A stretch of 64,000 nucleotides of DNA, filler included, from Asterionella formosa (taxonomy: Eukaryota), in the NCBI GenBank assembly GCA_002256025.1. It is 23 parts of 23 records of this genome, joined end to end, with 100 filler letters (N's around TTAATTAATTAA, not from the genome) between each part and the next. Parts side by side here need not be neighbours in the genome. Positions count along the whole stretch, not along the records: positions 25,142 to 27,833 come from NKIB01014950.1; positions 27,934 to 30,625 come from NKIB01014951.1; positions 30,726 to 33,414 come from NKIB01014952.1; positions 33,515 to 36,202 come from NKIB01014954.1; positions 36,303 to 38,987 come from NKIB01014955.1; 18 more parts are not named here. The stretch is one strand, 5' to 3'. The notes below the pieces were generated by a model, which made no database searches, was not told the DNA's origin, and worked only from the letters and a program-made list of their open reading frames with translations. Positions 25,142 through 36,304 of this stretch are shown piece by piece; position 1 is the first letter of the stretch; each line of letters starts with the position of its first letter. Both the position numbers and the translations under genes were made by a program.

Positions 25142-26515
25142 GAAGATGGTTTCATCATCAATATTAACCCAGCTACTGGAGAGGTTTTGTCTCGAATCAA
25201 GTGCACATCAGCCTCAGAAGTAGACGAAATTGTCAAGAATGCCAAGGAGACTGTTTCAAGTTGGATGGCTTTTGACGCCAAAGATCGTGTTGACTTTATT
25301 CGCAACGGTCTGAAAGAACTTGGCAAGGAACACGATGAAATGGTTGAGCTGATTGTGAAAGAAATGGGTAAACCTATGGCTCAAGCTGTGGCAGAAATGC
25401 AGGGTGCAGCTTGCAAGGATGCGTACTTGGATATTTTAATTCAGGCACAGGCCTCGAAACAACATGGCAGCAGTGTGGTCTTCCGACAGGCCCTTGGAGT
25501 GGTTGTTATCTTGAGTCCTTGGAATTTTCCTGTCGACGAAATTCTGTTGCTAGCCTTACCAGCACTCGGAGCTGGAAACACGGTCATTATAAAGCCTTCG
25601 GAAGTAACGCCTGAGTGTGGGGCACGGACGGTTCAGGCTTTGGCCAAAGCTCTTCCTCCCAACGTTTTGCAGTTGGCTCAGGGAGATGGTCAGGTGGGGG
25701 CCCAGCTAGTTTCTCATCCAATGGTTGATATGGTGGCTATGACAGGCTCGTCGGCGACTGGCAAGAAGGTCTTGTCCTCGGCTGCGCCCAATTTAAAACG
25801 TGTCGTCCTTGAACTCGGAGGCAAGGATCCTATGGTTGTATTCGAGGATGCTGATCTTGATAAGGCGGCCCATGATGCAGTCGAATATTCTCTTAGTAAT
25901 ACAGGACAAGTTTGCTGCGCTATTGAGCGAATATATGTCGCAGAATCGGTTATCAAAGAATTTGAAGCGAAGGTCCTTGAACACGCCCGGACTTATAAGG
26001 TTGGCAACGGGTTCGACCCAGAAACAAAGGTCGGTCCATTGGTGTCGAAGATGCAACGCGACCATGTGTCTGCACAAGTGGATCAGGCGGTCAAGGAAGG
26101 AGCCAGGTTGCTTCTCAAAAGTGATGTGCCTGATGGTGCTGGGGAGCACAGCTCGTTCTATCCTGTGATTGTCTTGTCGAATGTAAATCGTGATATGGAC
26201 GTGTTTTCAGCGGAGACATTTGGTCCAGTCGTAGCTATATCAACTTTTGATGGAACAGAAACTGAAGGAATACGTGTCGCGAACGACACAGACTATGGTC
26301 TCGCTGGTAGCGTGTATACTCAAGATATTGAAAAGGCGACGAGGGTTGCAAGTCAAATGAGCTGTGGCCAAGTTGGGATCAACTGCTACGCTCTAGAGAA
26401 TATGGATATTGCGTGTCCATGGGTCGGTCACAGAACATCTGGCTTCGGATATCATTCAGGTATCGAGGGTTTTCAACAGTTCTCCCTTCCAAAGACCATG
26501 GTTTATAATCCGTAA
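25142..26515 (+). CDS. NAD(P)-dependent aldehyde dehydrogenase (5' end cut by contig edge); substrate not assignable
   Basis: INPATGE, PWNFP, KPSE, TGSSATG, LELGGKDP, catalytic GQVCCA, ETFGPV, YGLAGSV. Confidence 0.95.
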   Translation, partial: EDGFIININPATGEVLSRIKCTSASEVDEIVKNAKETVSSWMAFDAKDRVDFIRNGLKELGKEHDEMVELIVKEMGKPMAQAVAEMQGAACKDAYLDILIQAQASKQHGSSVVFRQALGVVVILSPWNFPVDEILLLALPALGAGNTVIIKPSEVTPECGARTVQALAKALPPNVLQLAQGDGQVGAQLVSHPMVDMVAMTGSSATGKKVLSSAAPNLKRVVLELGGKDPMVVFEDADLDKAAHDAVEYSLSNTGQVCCAIERIYVAESVIKEFEAKVLEHARTYKVGNGFDPETKVGPLVSKMQRDHVSAQVDQAVKEGARLLLKSDVPDGAGEHSSFYPVIVLSNVNRDMDVFSAETFGPVVAISTFDGTETEGIRVANDTDYGLAGSVYTQDIEKATRVASQMSCGQVGINCYALENMDIACPWVGHRTSGFGYHSGIEGFQQFSLPKTMVYNP

Positions 26516-26620
26516 TAATTGATAATGTTTTTCGAGTTGGAAATACGGGAGAATTCCTATTTTAAATGAAGCTCTTCTAAGTACGCAATATGCAGGTCAA
26601 ATATACGCAGAAGGGTTGTC

Positions 26621-27741
26621 TTATTGGATTTGCATTGGCCCTTCGCGTAAGAGCATGTAAACAGTGCACAAGTCGAAGTTGGAGCTGGACGTAGCCGCCA
26701 TCATGAAAGGCAGTAGATTGGAACTCCTTTCTGGAAGCTCCAATGCTTCTGGTCCAAAATAAAGTAGCTCGCGCAAACCTTTTTCCCATCTACATCCAGC
26801 TTCGATCGCGAGATGAAGCGGCATGTTTCCTTTGTACATGGTTGATGTTGCGGCTGGGTTTGAGGTGACTAGCGCAACGATGACATCGGCTGCTCCAGGT
26901 TGGTTGAGCAGCTCTCGCGTAGAAACATACTTGTGCAATGGCAGCATCCCGTTGTCTAGAGGAATGTGTGCTTGCTCTGGATACATTTTGATGAACCAGC
27001 ACAAGACTTTCGGGGAGCACGGAAGCTCTAGGGCAACATGTAGTTCCTTGGTATTGTTACCATTCTTGCTTGCACCATGACGGCATTTGTGCGCTGCGAC
27101 ACAAGTTAAAACCACTTTCTCCCATTGACCACCCAATGCTTCGTGACCTCGAACAGTCGCAGCACTTGTTGCTGCCAACCTTTCCCAAGGCGAGCAAATC
27201 ACTTGCATCAACTCAGGTCCAGCAAAAGAGTGGACCCTGTGCATCGCCAAAAACGGCTGGAAGGCAAGGATAGCTTTCAGAATGCGAGGATCCTTGCTCT
27301 TGTGATAGACAAGAAAAAGAGGTGTCTCGCCACAAAAGTCTCGTTCTGTAATTGCAACAGGGTAGCTTTCAAAGAGTAATTGCACAATTTCGGGGCAACA
27401 ACCACGTTTCAAGGCATAGAACAAGGGCTGTATAGGAGCAAACAGATAATAATCAAGTAACAGTGAGCTTCAATCATTCACATGGCTTTATTTCGATTTC
27501 ATGTTCGTACCGTTCTTCCATATACATCTCGTATAGCCGCTGCACTTGGGTTTGCTTCCAGAACTTTGCGGACCGAGGCCAACGTTGCAAATCGCTGCTG
27601 GCACAAGATATGAAGATACGTTTGCCGCTCGACATTGAGCTTCTCGGTATCTCCTGGATCCCATTTATGTTTGCGATTACCCGCGAATTCCCCCACTTGG
27701 TCATCGTCATGCCTCTGGCAGCATTGATCCATTCTTTCCAT
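26621..27741 (-). CDS. Ankyrin-repeat-like protein, two exons (27511-27741, 26621-27427)
   Basis: GT-AG intron 27428-27510 restores GRTPLFYAL; further GETPLF, GMLPLH, GNMPLHLA repeats; C-terminal LLPFMMAA..VYMLLR. Confidence 0.8.
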
Positions 27742-27933
27742 CACTGCTGTAAAAGAAAAGGTTCTTTGTCTGCTTTCGTGACAACAGCAAGCAGCAATTC
27801 TTATTCAGGTATCGAATGGTGCTGAATCGTCAANNNNNNNNNNNNNNNNNNNNNNNNNNNNNNNNNNNNNNNNNNNNTTAATTAATTAANNNNNNNNNNN
27901 NNNNNNNNNNNNNNNNNNNNNNNNNNNNNNNNN

Positions 27934-28135
27934 ATATATTGTCACGAACACACATAATTATTGGTGTGATCACATAATTATTCGATAAGTGAAATAAATT
28001 TTTGTTTAACCCGAATAAATTAGGGAAAAAGTAGCATAATATTTCAAAAAAGTAACATAATATTTTAAAAAAGTAGCATAAATACGTCACTTTAGACATA
28101 AATTCGAAAAAGTGCCGTAAACGGCGTCTTAGATG
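27934..28135 (-). mobile_element. Terminus of an unclassified element (CATCTAAG..) abutting a Copia gag
   Basis: Minus strand CATCTAAGACGCCGTTTACGGCACTTTTTCGAATT matches 31235 onward; three ~21-bp subterminal tandem units (AAAAAGTAGCATAATATTT) at ~28026-28082. Confidence 0.6.
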
Positions 28136-28742
28136 CAAGTAACAGTGTTTGCACACGTCTCGCATCCGCAATGTAATACTGACCATTAAGGGGGGCACGA
28201 TGGATCATGCGCTCGTTGAATGAGCCATAATCGGCCTCAGCTTCGGGATCCTCTGCTTCTTTTACCACATAAGACAATGGTATGCCGCTAACGCCGGGAA
28301 TGACAGCCAAGTAGTTGATAAAGGCCTTTTCCCACTCAGGCCACTTCCTCTCATCTTTGAATTTTTCCGGATCGGCAGCCTTGGAATTAGTAGCCACAAG
28401 ATCTATGTCGGACTTCCTGATCTGCGCAAGGCTCAACGATTGATACAGAATCTCAACATTGAAATCGTTGTGGTCGGGAACATCGTTAACTCGATGACAA
28501 TCCTGGACCCAATGCATAACGCCTGTCAATTTCTTTGTGCGTCCAAGTCCAAAAACAATCTTACCGTTTGCCACGCTACGCTTCGCAAATTCGTCCGCCA
28601 TGTCACGAATGTCCTTTTCTACTAGATAACGGAAGTCCTCAAACTCGCTAATACCTGCTGCCATGATGTTCATACGTTCGACAGCGACCTCAAAACCGAT
28701 TGCCAACAGAACGTGGGCGACTCCGACCAAGTTATTCGCCAT
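28134..28742 (-). mobile_element. Copia-type gag N-terminal region, truncated
   Basis: DPEKFKDERKWPEWEKAFINYLAVIPGVSGIPLSYVV..RAPLNG..DARRV, a diatom Copia gag pattern. Confidence 0.7.
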
Positions 28743-28867
28743 GATAATGAGTGGATTTGCTGGGAAAAGAGAATGATAGTATTTCGCAAACGCAAACGCA
28801 TGTCGTCAGTGGATTCCCGCTGTAACAAATAGTACTTGTGTGCAGGCAGCACAGTTACGCCAATGCC

Positions 28868-28986
28868 GTCGTTGAGTGATCAGTTCAACTCCGGCCACAA
28901 TCGCTATCGCTCTCTGGTCGTCTGTGGTCGTTGAGTGATCAGTTCAACTCCGGCCACAATCGCTATTGCTCGCTGGTCGTCTGCGG
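28868..28986 (+). repeat. Tandem duplication of ~59 bp in the retroelement leader
   Basis: GTCGTTGAGTGATCAGTTCAACTCCGGCCACAATCGCTA.. occurs twice in tandem. Confidence 0.85.
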
Positions 28987-29628
28987 ATACCCGTCGGTAC
29001 GACTCAAGTGCACACGGTCACCGACGCCTGCGAATGATCATCATCATCCAAATTCGGTACGCACACATGACACTACATACTGAATATGAAAAATTCGTTA
29101 CGAACACGTAACGCCAGACGCCTTGTCTCGATGGTTCGAATTCGACGCTCCTATTTGCTCGCACTGTACGCTCTTCTCCGATTCAAAGATAACTCAAGTG
29201 GTCATCGTTAGAGCGCTGGGTCTGATAAACCGAAGAAATACGCTAGTGTGGTCGGCAGAACAACTTACATGGTGCAAAAGGAAAGAAAGATAAAGGTTAT
29301 ACACCTACGCCGTTCTAGCGCATTCGCTGCTCCAAGCTTGCACGCTGTACTATCGCTAAAACACTCTAATGGCTAGTTAGTCCCCTGTACCGTATGACAC
29401 GATACGTTCATCCACGCGCCCACACTGCACTGCAATATTCGTTCACCCGTACATAGTATTTTCCACGATAAACGAATCTTCTTTTTGCAGACCTCCCTTG
29501 AGAATATTGCTTGCGAAGTTTTGCTTGTTCGTTTGATGCTTTGTTCTTTTCTTCTCCACACAATCTTGTCCTTGCCTTACTGTTGTGATTATTCTGCGCA
29601 CTAAACACAATATACAACAAGCAGCAGT

Positions 29629-30625
29629 ATGAAAGAAGACAGCAAGGAAGTCAAGAAAGGCAGCCAATATGATCACGTAAGGTCAGTGAAACCTTCTGGC
29701 ACTGCAAAACAGAAGAGCGATTATGCCAGCAGGGTATCTTTTGCTGACGAAGCAAAGGAGGAAGAACGAGCTCGGGACTCTGAATCTTCACATGGAGAAG
29801 ACATTAATGGAAAGGAATATGTTAACCACAGGGCTGGACCAGCGCCTAACATTTTGCAGGAGGATTCTCCTGCGGTGGTGGAGCATGAAGAACCAGGAGC
29901 ACCTCCACAAACACTTCCTGGAGCAGTCGCAGTGGGAGGGAGTGGTCATGCAAGGTCAAGTGCCGACGATGAATGGTCTTTGGAGGAGTCCCAGGGAATA
30001 AGTCAGCAACCACTCGCCATGCATAGCATAGAGGGAGGCCAACATGAGGCCGTGAGTGCCATTCTAGTTGATGAATCTGCCCCTGATATTCCTGCAAGGG
30101 TAGCAATTGTCGATGCTGAAGCTGAAGCGAAGGCCCAACGTCGCCGTAGCATGATTAACATCATGGTATCTTGTGGACTCACAAGTCTTGTTGCGATTGT
30201 TGCTGCTGTAGTTGCAGTTGTGCTTACTCGGAACAAGTCAGGCAATGAGACATTGGCTCCTTTCACATCGAATCCAACATCAGTTCCTCCATCACCAAGT
30301 CCAACTTCTGTTTTGTTCCTCTTTTTATCTGAGAACTCGTTTGATAATGGGGCTGCACTTTTGACTGACGGCTCCCCACAGCAGCAGGCAATGATCTGGT
30401 TAGAAAGTGAGCAAGGTACTGCAGAAATCATGGATACTGAATTACTCCAAATCTATGCCTTGGTGACCCTTTATTATGCAACCTCTGGAAACCAGGGGTT
30501 CAACCAAGGTTATAATGACCAATTCAATAGCAGGTCTTCATGGCTATTTAGTATCAACAATTATTGTGAGTGGTTTGGATTGACTTGCAATGCAGATAAA
30601 AGCCAGCTCCTTAAAATGAATTTGA
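29629..30625 (+). CDS. Single-pass membrane protein leading into an LRR N-cap (diatom LRR receptor-like family), 3' end cut
   Basis: PGAVAV motif, TM helix LVAIVAAVVAVVL, Pro/Thr stalk, SPQQQAMIWL..LQIYALVTLYYAT..W..CEWFGLTC. Confidence 0.8.
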
Positions 30626-30725
30626 NNNNNNNNNNNNNNNNNNNNNNNNNNNNNNNNNNNNNNNNNNNNTTAATTAATTAANNNNNNNNNNNNNNNNNNN
30701 NNNNNNNNNNNNNNNNNNNNNNNNN

Positions 30726-31234
30726 GGTCTTCTCCCTCTCAATGACAGAAGTGTGCACGTTTGTTTCGCTCTTTCTGAAGGTACTTGGAGTAGGAGTGTA
30801 TCCGCAAACCTACACATCGACATCAATTGGATAGATAACAGGAGCACACCATGCCCCAGTAAAGGTCATATCGTCGAGTGGTTCAGTGGTAGTGGAAGGA
30901 GCAGGTGTAGTGATATCAGGAGGACCGGCAGGAATGGGGTTAGGGTTGGCAACTGCTGACAAATTACTCTTTGGAGTGTCTGGTGGAGCAGTTTCGTGCG
31001 ACATGGGACCACTGGTGGTGTCCAAAAGGGAACTGGTAGGTTGATGAGTTGTGGCAGCTCGCTGACGGGCACGATAGTTATCAAGGTGAGCCGAGTCCAA
31101 TTGACTAAGCTGATAATATCCAATCTTGTTGATGGCCCGACACTAACACTTTGTGCAGAATTTCCAAACACGTCCAAGGTCATCAGTTTTGGTTGTAGTA
31201 AGGTTAGCTGGTTTGATGTATTTCCAATCAGCCA
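30726..31234 (-). mobile_element. Copia-type gag C-terminal (Cys/His) remnant
   Basis: ..DWKYIKP..GRVWKFCTKC*CRA..GYYQLS..SAHLDNY.. with an internal stop. Confidence 0.5.
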
Positions 31235-33414
31235 CATCTAAGCCGCGAAATACGCCACTTTTCGAAATTCGTCTATGTATGAGTGTTAATTATGTGGTAC
31301 TTCACATGCATTAATGCCACTCTTCACGTAAAAAAGATTACTTTTAACGGTTTCATGTGAAGTTTTAACTGTTTCATGTGAAGTTTTCACAATGAATTTT
31401 GAACGCGAGACTGAATTAGTTGATGTTTCAAATAATTCATTTGAAAGTTCAACTAAGATCCTGCTCTTGAGGCTAATACATTCACAACACGCATTTTACT
31501 TAATGAAATAGTAAGGATATTTGTGGTGTCTAATGTCATCCATCTGAGATCAAAGTGTTACGATTGTACACATCATATGAAGAACTCACACTTACCGGTA
31601 AAAAAGCTCCCTCTTCCCAGTTTTCATGTTATGTAGGTTATTACCGGTACTAGGAAAATGTACTACTAGCCAGTGGTAGGCAACCCATTCATAATCATTC
31701 AATTAAGAGTTTACAGGAGAGAAGAAACCATTCGAACTCGCAATGTTTCCGCACACAGCGCACAAAGTATATCCGTTTTGTCCACTTCAGCATGACAATC
31801 TCGCCAATCAATCCGTAAACAGACACATTCTACCGGTACTTGTTCTCGTTGAAATTTTCAATTCTCACATGATACTACATCTACTATTTCGATTCAGCAT
31901 AGAAGGAGATACGAAAATGTGCGTAACAGACTACTGTCCACATAGCTATAGTTATAGAATGATTCTGATTAGAACGCATTTCATTTTCATATCGCTCGCT
32001 CGTTTCTGCATTTGGCATACTGTTGAACTTGTCCGCATCTTTGATACCATCAAGAGAGCGAAAGCAAGTGGCTCTTTTCACTGTTGTTTGCTCGTAGGAA
32101 GAATTTGATATCTGTATCGTCATTTGCTTGTTGGAATTGTCCGTTGCCTCAAACTTGCTTGCCGTGTGCGTGCAGACACTGTCGACTGGTTTTCAATGGT
32201 ATGTTGTTCTGGTATTCACTGTTGAACTTGTCTGCATCTTTGTTAACATGATCAATAGAGCGACAAGTGGGTTTCTTCATTGTTGTTTGCTCCTGGAAAA
32301 GTCGGTGTCCGTGTCATCCTCATCAATAGAGAGACAAGTTCTTTCGTTGGAAAAATTGGTACGGTATCATCATTCGCTCGTTGGAACCACTGTCCGTTGC
32401 CTCAAACCTGATTAGCGTTTGAGTAGGTACCCGGTATGTGCACTGTCGACTTGAGTACATTACAGGCGGAGTGACTTCGCTACTAAATTGTGTGATATAA
32501 TAATATACCCTGTAGCACGATGCAGAATACAGTTGCTTCCCAATCATCTCATCATGATTGATAAGATGATACTGTGATATCATGATAAGGTTACATCGAT
32601 GCATACATCACCAAAGTATGATACGTAATATTGAATAAAGTACATCACATACCTATGATACATTGATCATAAGACTATGATGATTTTATAAAATGTTTAT
32701 GATATAATTTTGATCAAAATATGATCATTTAAAAATAGTACAATGACAATAAAATACGATAAATAACGTACGCAAGTGTTACCAAGCCATCATAGAAAAT
32801 AAATCAAGCAATCATAAAGTATGTTAATTAATATATGTGTTTGTCGTTTAATGTATACAGTTAAAGTCAACACTTAATATGATAGTATTATACAGTGGAT
32901 AGGATCTAAGTATACGGATGCGTTGATATGTACATCACTATAATATGATTTGTGACATGATGGATTGATGCATATCACATACTGGTATCCTTAACAACCA
33001 GCCATCACGTTCATTGTCGTGTCGTCTTTCCCTTTTTTTAGCTATATATATGCTCAGATCCGTTCCATTGCAAATCTTCCTTCAATAGGTCAAACTCGTC
33101 ATCCTTGAGCATTTGCCTTCCAGTGGCATCGTATGACTGAAGCGCATCCAGAAAGATACGCTCCTTTTCGGCTACTGTAAGACGAATGAGTTCCCCACTT
33201 TCCGGATCAACGACACAGTATTCCTTGTCAGGACCACTTTCGTTTTTGCTTGATTCCTATGGGGAAAGATGGAAGTAAGAATTTTTTTTTACTCATAAAT
33301 TGTTACTAACAAAATGGTTATTTGTTTTTAATCAAGTACAGCCATTTGCAAATAACCGGACGCTGGTGTCGTTTCTTTTGCTCCATCGACCGAGTCGGAC
33401 AGAAGTGTCATGTT
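31235..33414 (+). mobile_element. Mosaic non-autonomous element segment with a conserved terminus, internal repeats and a PGRL1 fragment
   Basis: Starts CATCTAAGCCGCGAAATACGCCACTTTTCGAA; 21-bp tandem at ~31342-31386; degenerate ~200-250 bp duplication at 32015-32455; 32848-33052 is the reverse complement of 61018-61226. Confidence 0.55.
33054..33233 (-). pseudogene. PGRL1: Internal PGRL1 fragment (~60 codons)
   Basis: PDKEYCVVDPESGELIRLTVAEKERIFLDALQSYDATGRQMLKDDEFDLLKEDLQWNGS, near-identical to 59527-59705. Confidence 0.9.
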
Positions 33415-33514
33415 NNNNNNNNNNNNNNNNNNNNNNNNNNNNNNNNNNNNNNNNNNNNTTAATTAATTAANNNNNNNNNNNNNNNNNNNNNNNNNNNNNN
33501 NNNNNNNNNNNNNN

Positions 33515-36202
33515 ACTAGTAGTAAAAAGAAAACTACAGTAGCAAAGTTGACTCCCCACAGCGGTTTCACTTTCACAAGACCAATATTGGGATCAAATGG
33601 GTATAGACAGTAATTACCCAAAGACATATGATTCTCTGTCCACTTTTGAATTTTCTATAGCAAAGGGGTACATTAAATTCCCTTACCTCGAAATTGGCAG
33701 AACAACATCAGAGAGGAAGAAAATTGTGCAAACAAGGGTAGACCACATAAGGAACTTCCCACAAACATGTCTCCACCTTGCACATACTGGACATAAATGT
33801 CCTTGACTCTGCCCATTGACTAGTACCCACCACATACACTGATTGAACCTGATGAAGGTCCTCCTGGACAGGCATTAATATAAGTAGCAGCCCCCTTCCT
33901 TTCACTGTGCATGCCAATGTTGTTTGATTCAATACCTTATTCAAATAGCTGTCCTTCCTTGGCTTCTGCTTGAAATTACATGAAAATCTCTTAACTTGAT
34001 TGTAACCACCAGGGAATAAGCAACTGTTTCCTTGTAGAACTTTATTAAATCTTCCCAAGTATACACCAAGAGAAAATATAGGACACACTACCCAATCAAT
34101 TGGATTTGCATAAATATCTCTGGGATATTTTGATTGAGTCCCTTTCTGATCTGTCTTGACAAAGTATATGCGCAGAGCATTGTCAGCCCACTCCATACTA
34201 TGGGACAAGTATATTTGGCTTGTGTTTTTGACCATGCACATTAAATTCCAAGTGACCAGGAATAGGTGACCCCAAATGCCATCATCAGTTCCTAACTCAA
34301 TGAATCAAGTACAAAGGAGGTGATATAGTTGATTGGTCAAGGTTTCCTTTCCCTCACAAATATCTTCCAACCCATCATAATTCTCTATTGCAATAATCTG
34401 ATAGAAACCATGCAAAAAAGTTCCTGCTCAAAATCAACTGTGAAGCCTGTGCCATAATGTAGCCTGAATAAGTTGAATAGAGCTGATTGATTATTCCTAT
34501 AGAAGCTCTTGGACAGCCGCTCTTGTGTCCAAGAATGGCAAAGGCTCTGGAGATATACCCAAGTGATTGCAGAGAGCATTATGACAGCTTCCTCTGCAGC
34601 ACGCTGAATCAATTCAACAAATCCGCTTCTAAAATGATTTTTTCCTTCCCTTTTACCTATGCCTCCTGCCTCCATCTCAAAATGAAGCACCTTGTTCTGG
34701 GCATATGCTGTAAGCCATCCTGCTTTGTGTTCAGACACACCATCAAAAAGAAGCCTAACTGTCAGAAAGGTATGCCTGGTGTGTGTCCCCTGAGACTATA
34801 TTGTCCATCATCATCTGCTCATTGAATTCCTGTAAAGGAATGCTATGAGGATGAAGAGGGACATCTGGCATCATGATGGTGAGCTTGAACGGAAGAGGAG
34901 GCAACCAAGAATGTGCAAATGAGTACCGGTAGCTAATGAATGTGATACTGAATATGCATGCAAAATTTATAGTACCCGGTAGTCGTTACGATAATTTTTA
35001 TTATACCATACTTGTACTCACAGAAACGGGACATGTTATACGTTAAGTGATGTTTTGGTGGTCCAAATCTAAATAATAGTTGGAGCCACGTATGTGTATC
35101 ACACTAGTACGGACAAAAAAGGCACATGTTCGCTCAATCAGGATTCCATTAAAAAAATTAGCTTTCAGTGGAGGGCTACTACAAGCTAGTGCTAGATATT
35201 TATCGGACAATCGTGCTCTATAACGCCGTGAAGGTGATCTTCACTATAACAACTTCAACCGAAAATCACTTGCTTCATCATGTGTTCGTCTTGATGAATG
35301 ACAGTTCGATCATTTTCTCAAATGATACCGGACGATTGTGCGGTGGAGGTATCTGGCACCAGTACGAGGGTACCAGCTACACAGAATCCAGCTACTTTGT
35401 CCGGTATTACTGAACTGAAAATACATTTTCAAATGAATTAATACCCAATTCATGCGAATGATAAGAATGACCTCCTACTACCAGTAAGTGGGTCACAATT
35501 CATTTCCATTTCATTGATTCGCTGACTAACGACGAAAAGGCACAAGCGAAAAAAAGACACCACGACCATTTGATGATATCTTTTCCCCTTGAATAAAAGT
35601 GTTGAAGTGACCCCAGTGTGTTACTGTTTTAATTTCCTATTGGTTCTACCAGGGGCATCTCTCGAAAATATCTTGATTATTGAATGTGGGGACATTACTG
35701 TGCAAATAATCACATCGACACGAGTTTGTCTGTTGTTCATTTTGACGTCCGAGATAGCTCACAGCATTTCAATTTCATTAGGTCAGTGACCAACGAAGAA
35801 ATGCTCGCACAAACAAAGAAAAGATGCCACGACCATTTGGTGCTATCTTATTCTCCTAAAAGAGAATAAAAAGACTCTTGACCATTTAGTAAACAGTAAC
35901 ACCTTGTCCTCCCACAAACAAATAAGAAACACACCGCCGCAATTTATTGATTTCTAAGTTAATAGCTACTTTTGATACGACTCAATTTGTCGTGAAATAT
36001 TCTGTGGATGCTAAAGAAAAGACGACGTAAGCTGAAGTTGAACGAGTGGGGTCATACTGACTATGAATAATTTCTATCTGCCGGTGATCCAATTCCTCAT
36101 CACTTTCATCTCACTTACTTCGAATACTGGAAGATTTTATCATAAAATTTAGAATGAACACCCTAACAAGACAGTTCGAGAACTCTATGCTCGTAGTATA
36201 TC
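33515..36202 (+). repeat. Near-identical duplicate of 13972-16664 (probable allelic haplotype)
   Basis: Collinear end to end with shared termini. Confidence 0.95.
33655..34330 (-). pseudogene. Degenerate Crypton-type tyrosine recombinase, allele B
   Basis: KTDQKGTQSKYPRDIYANP..CPIFSLGVYL; GMHSERKGAATY; same frameshift as allele A. Confidence 0.8.
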
Positions 36203-36304
36203 NNNNNNNNNNNNNNNNNNNNNNNNNNNNNNNNNNNNNNNNNNNNTTAATTAATTAANNNNNNNNNNNNNNNNNNNNNNNNNNNNNNNNNNNNNNNNNN
36301 NNAC

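Noticed and set aside
25142..27833. Functional cluster of ALDH, ankyrin protein and the nearby MFS transporter
   Set aside because: The MFS is on another contig; the ALDH and ankyrin genes are merely convergent neighbours.
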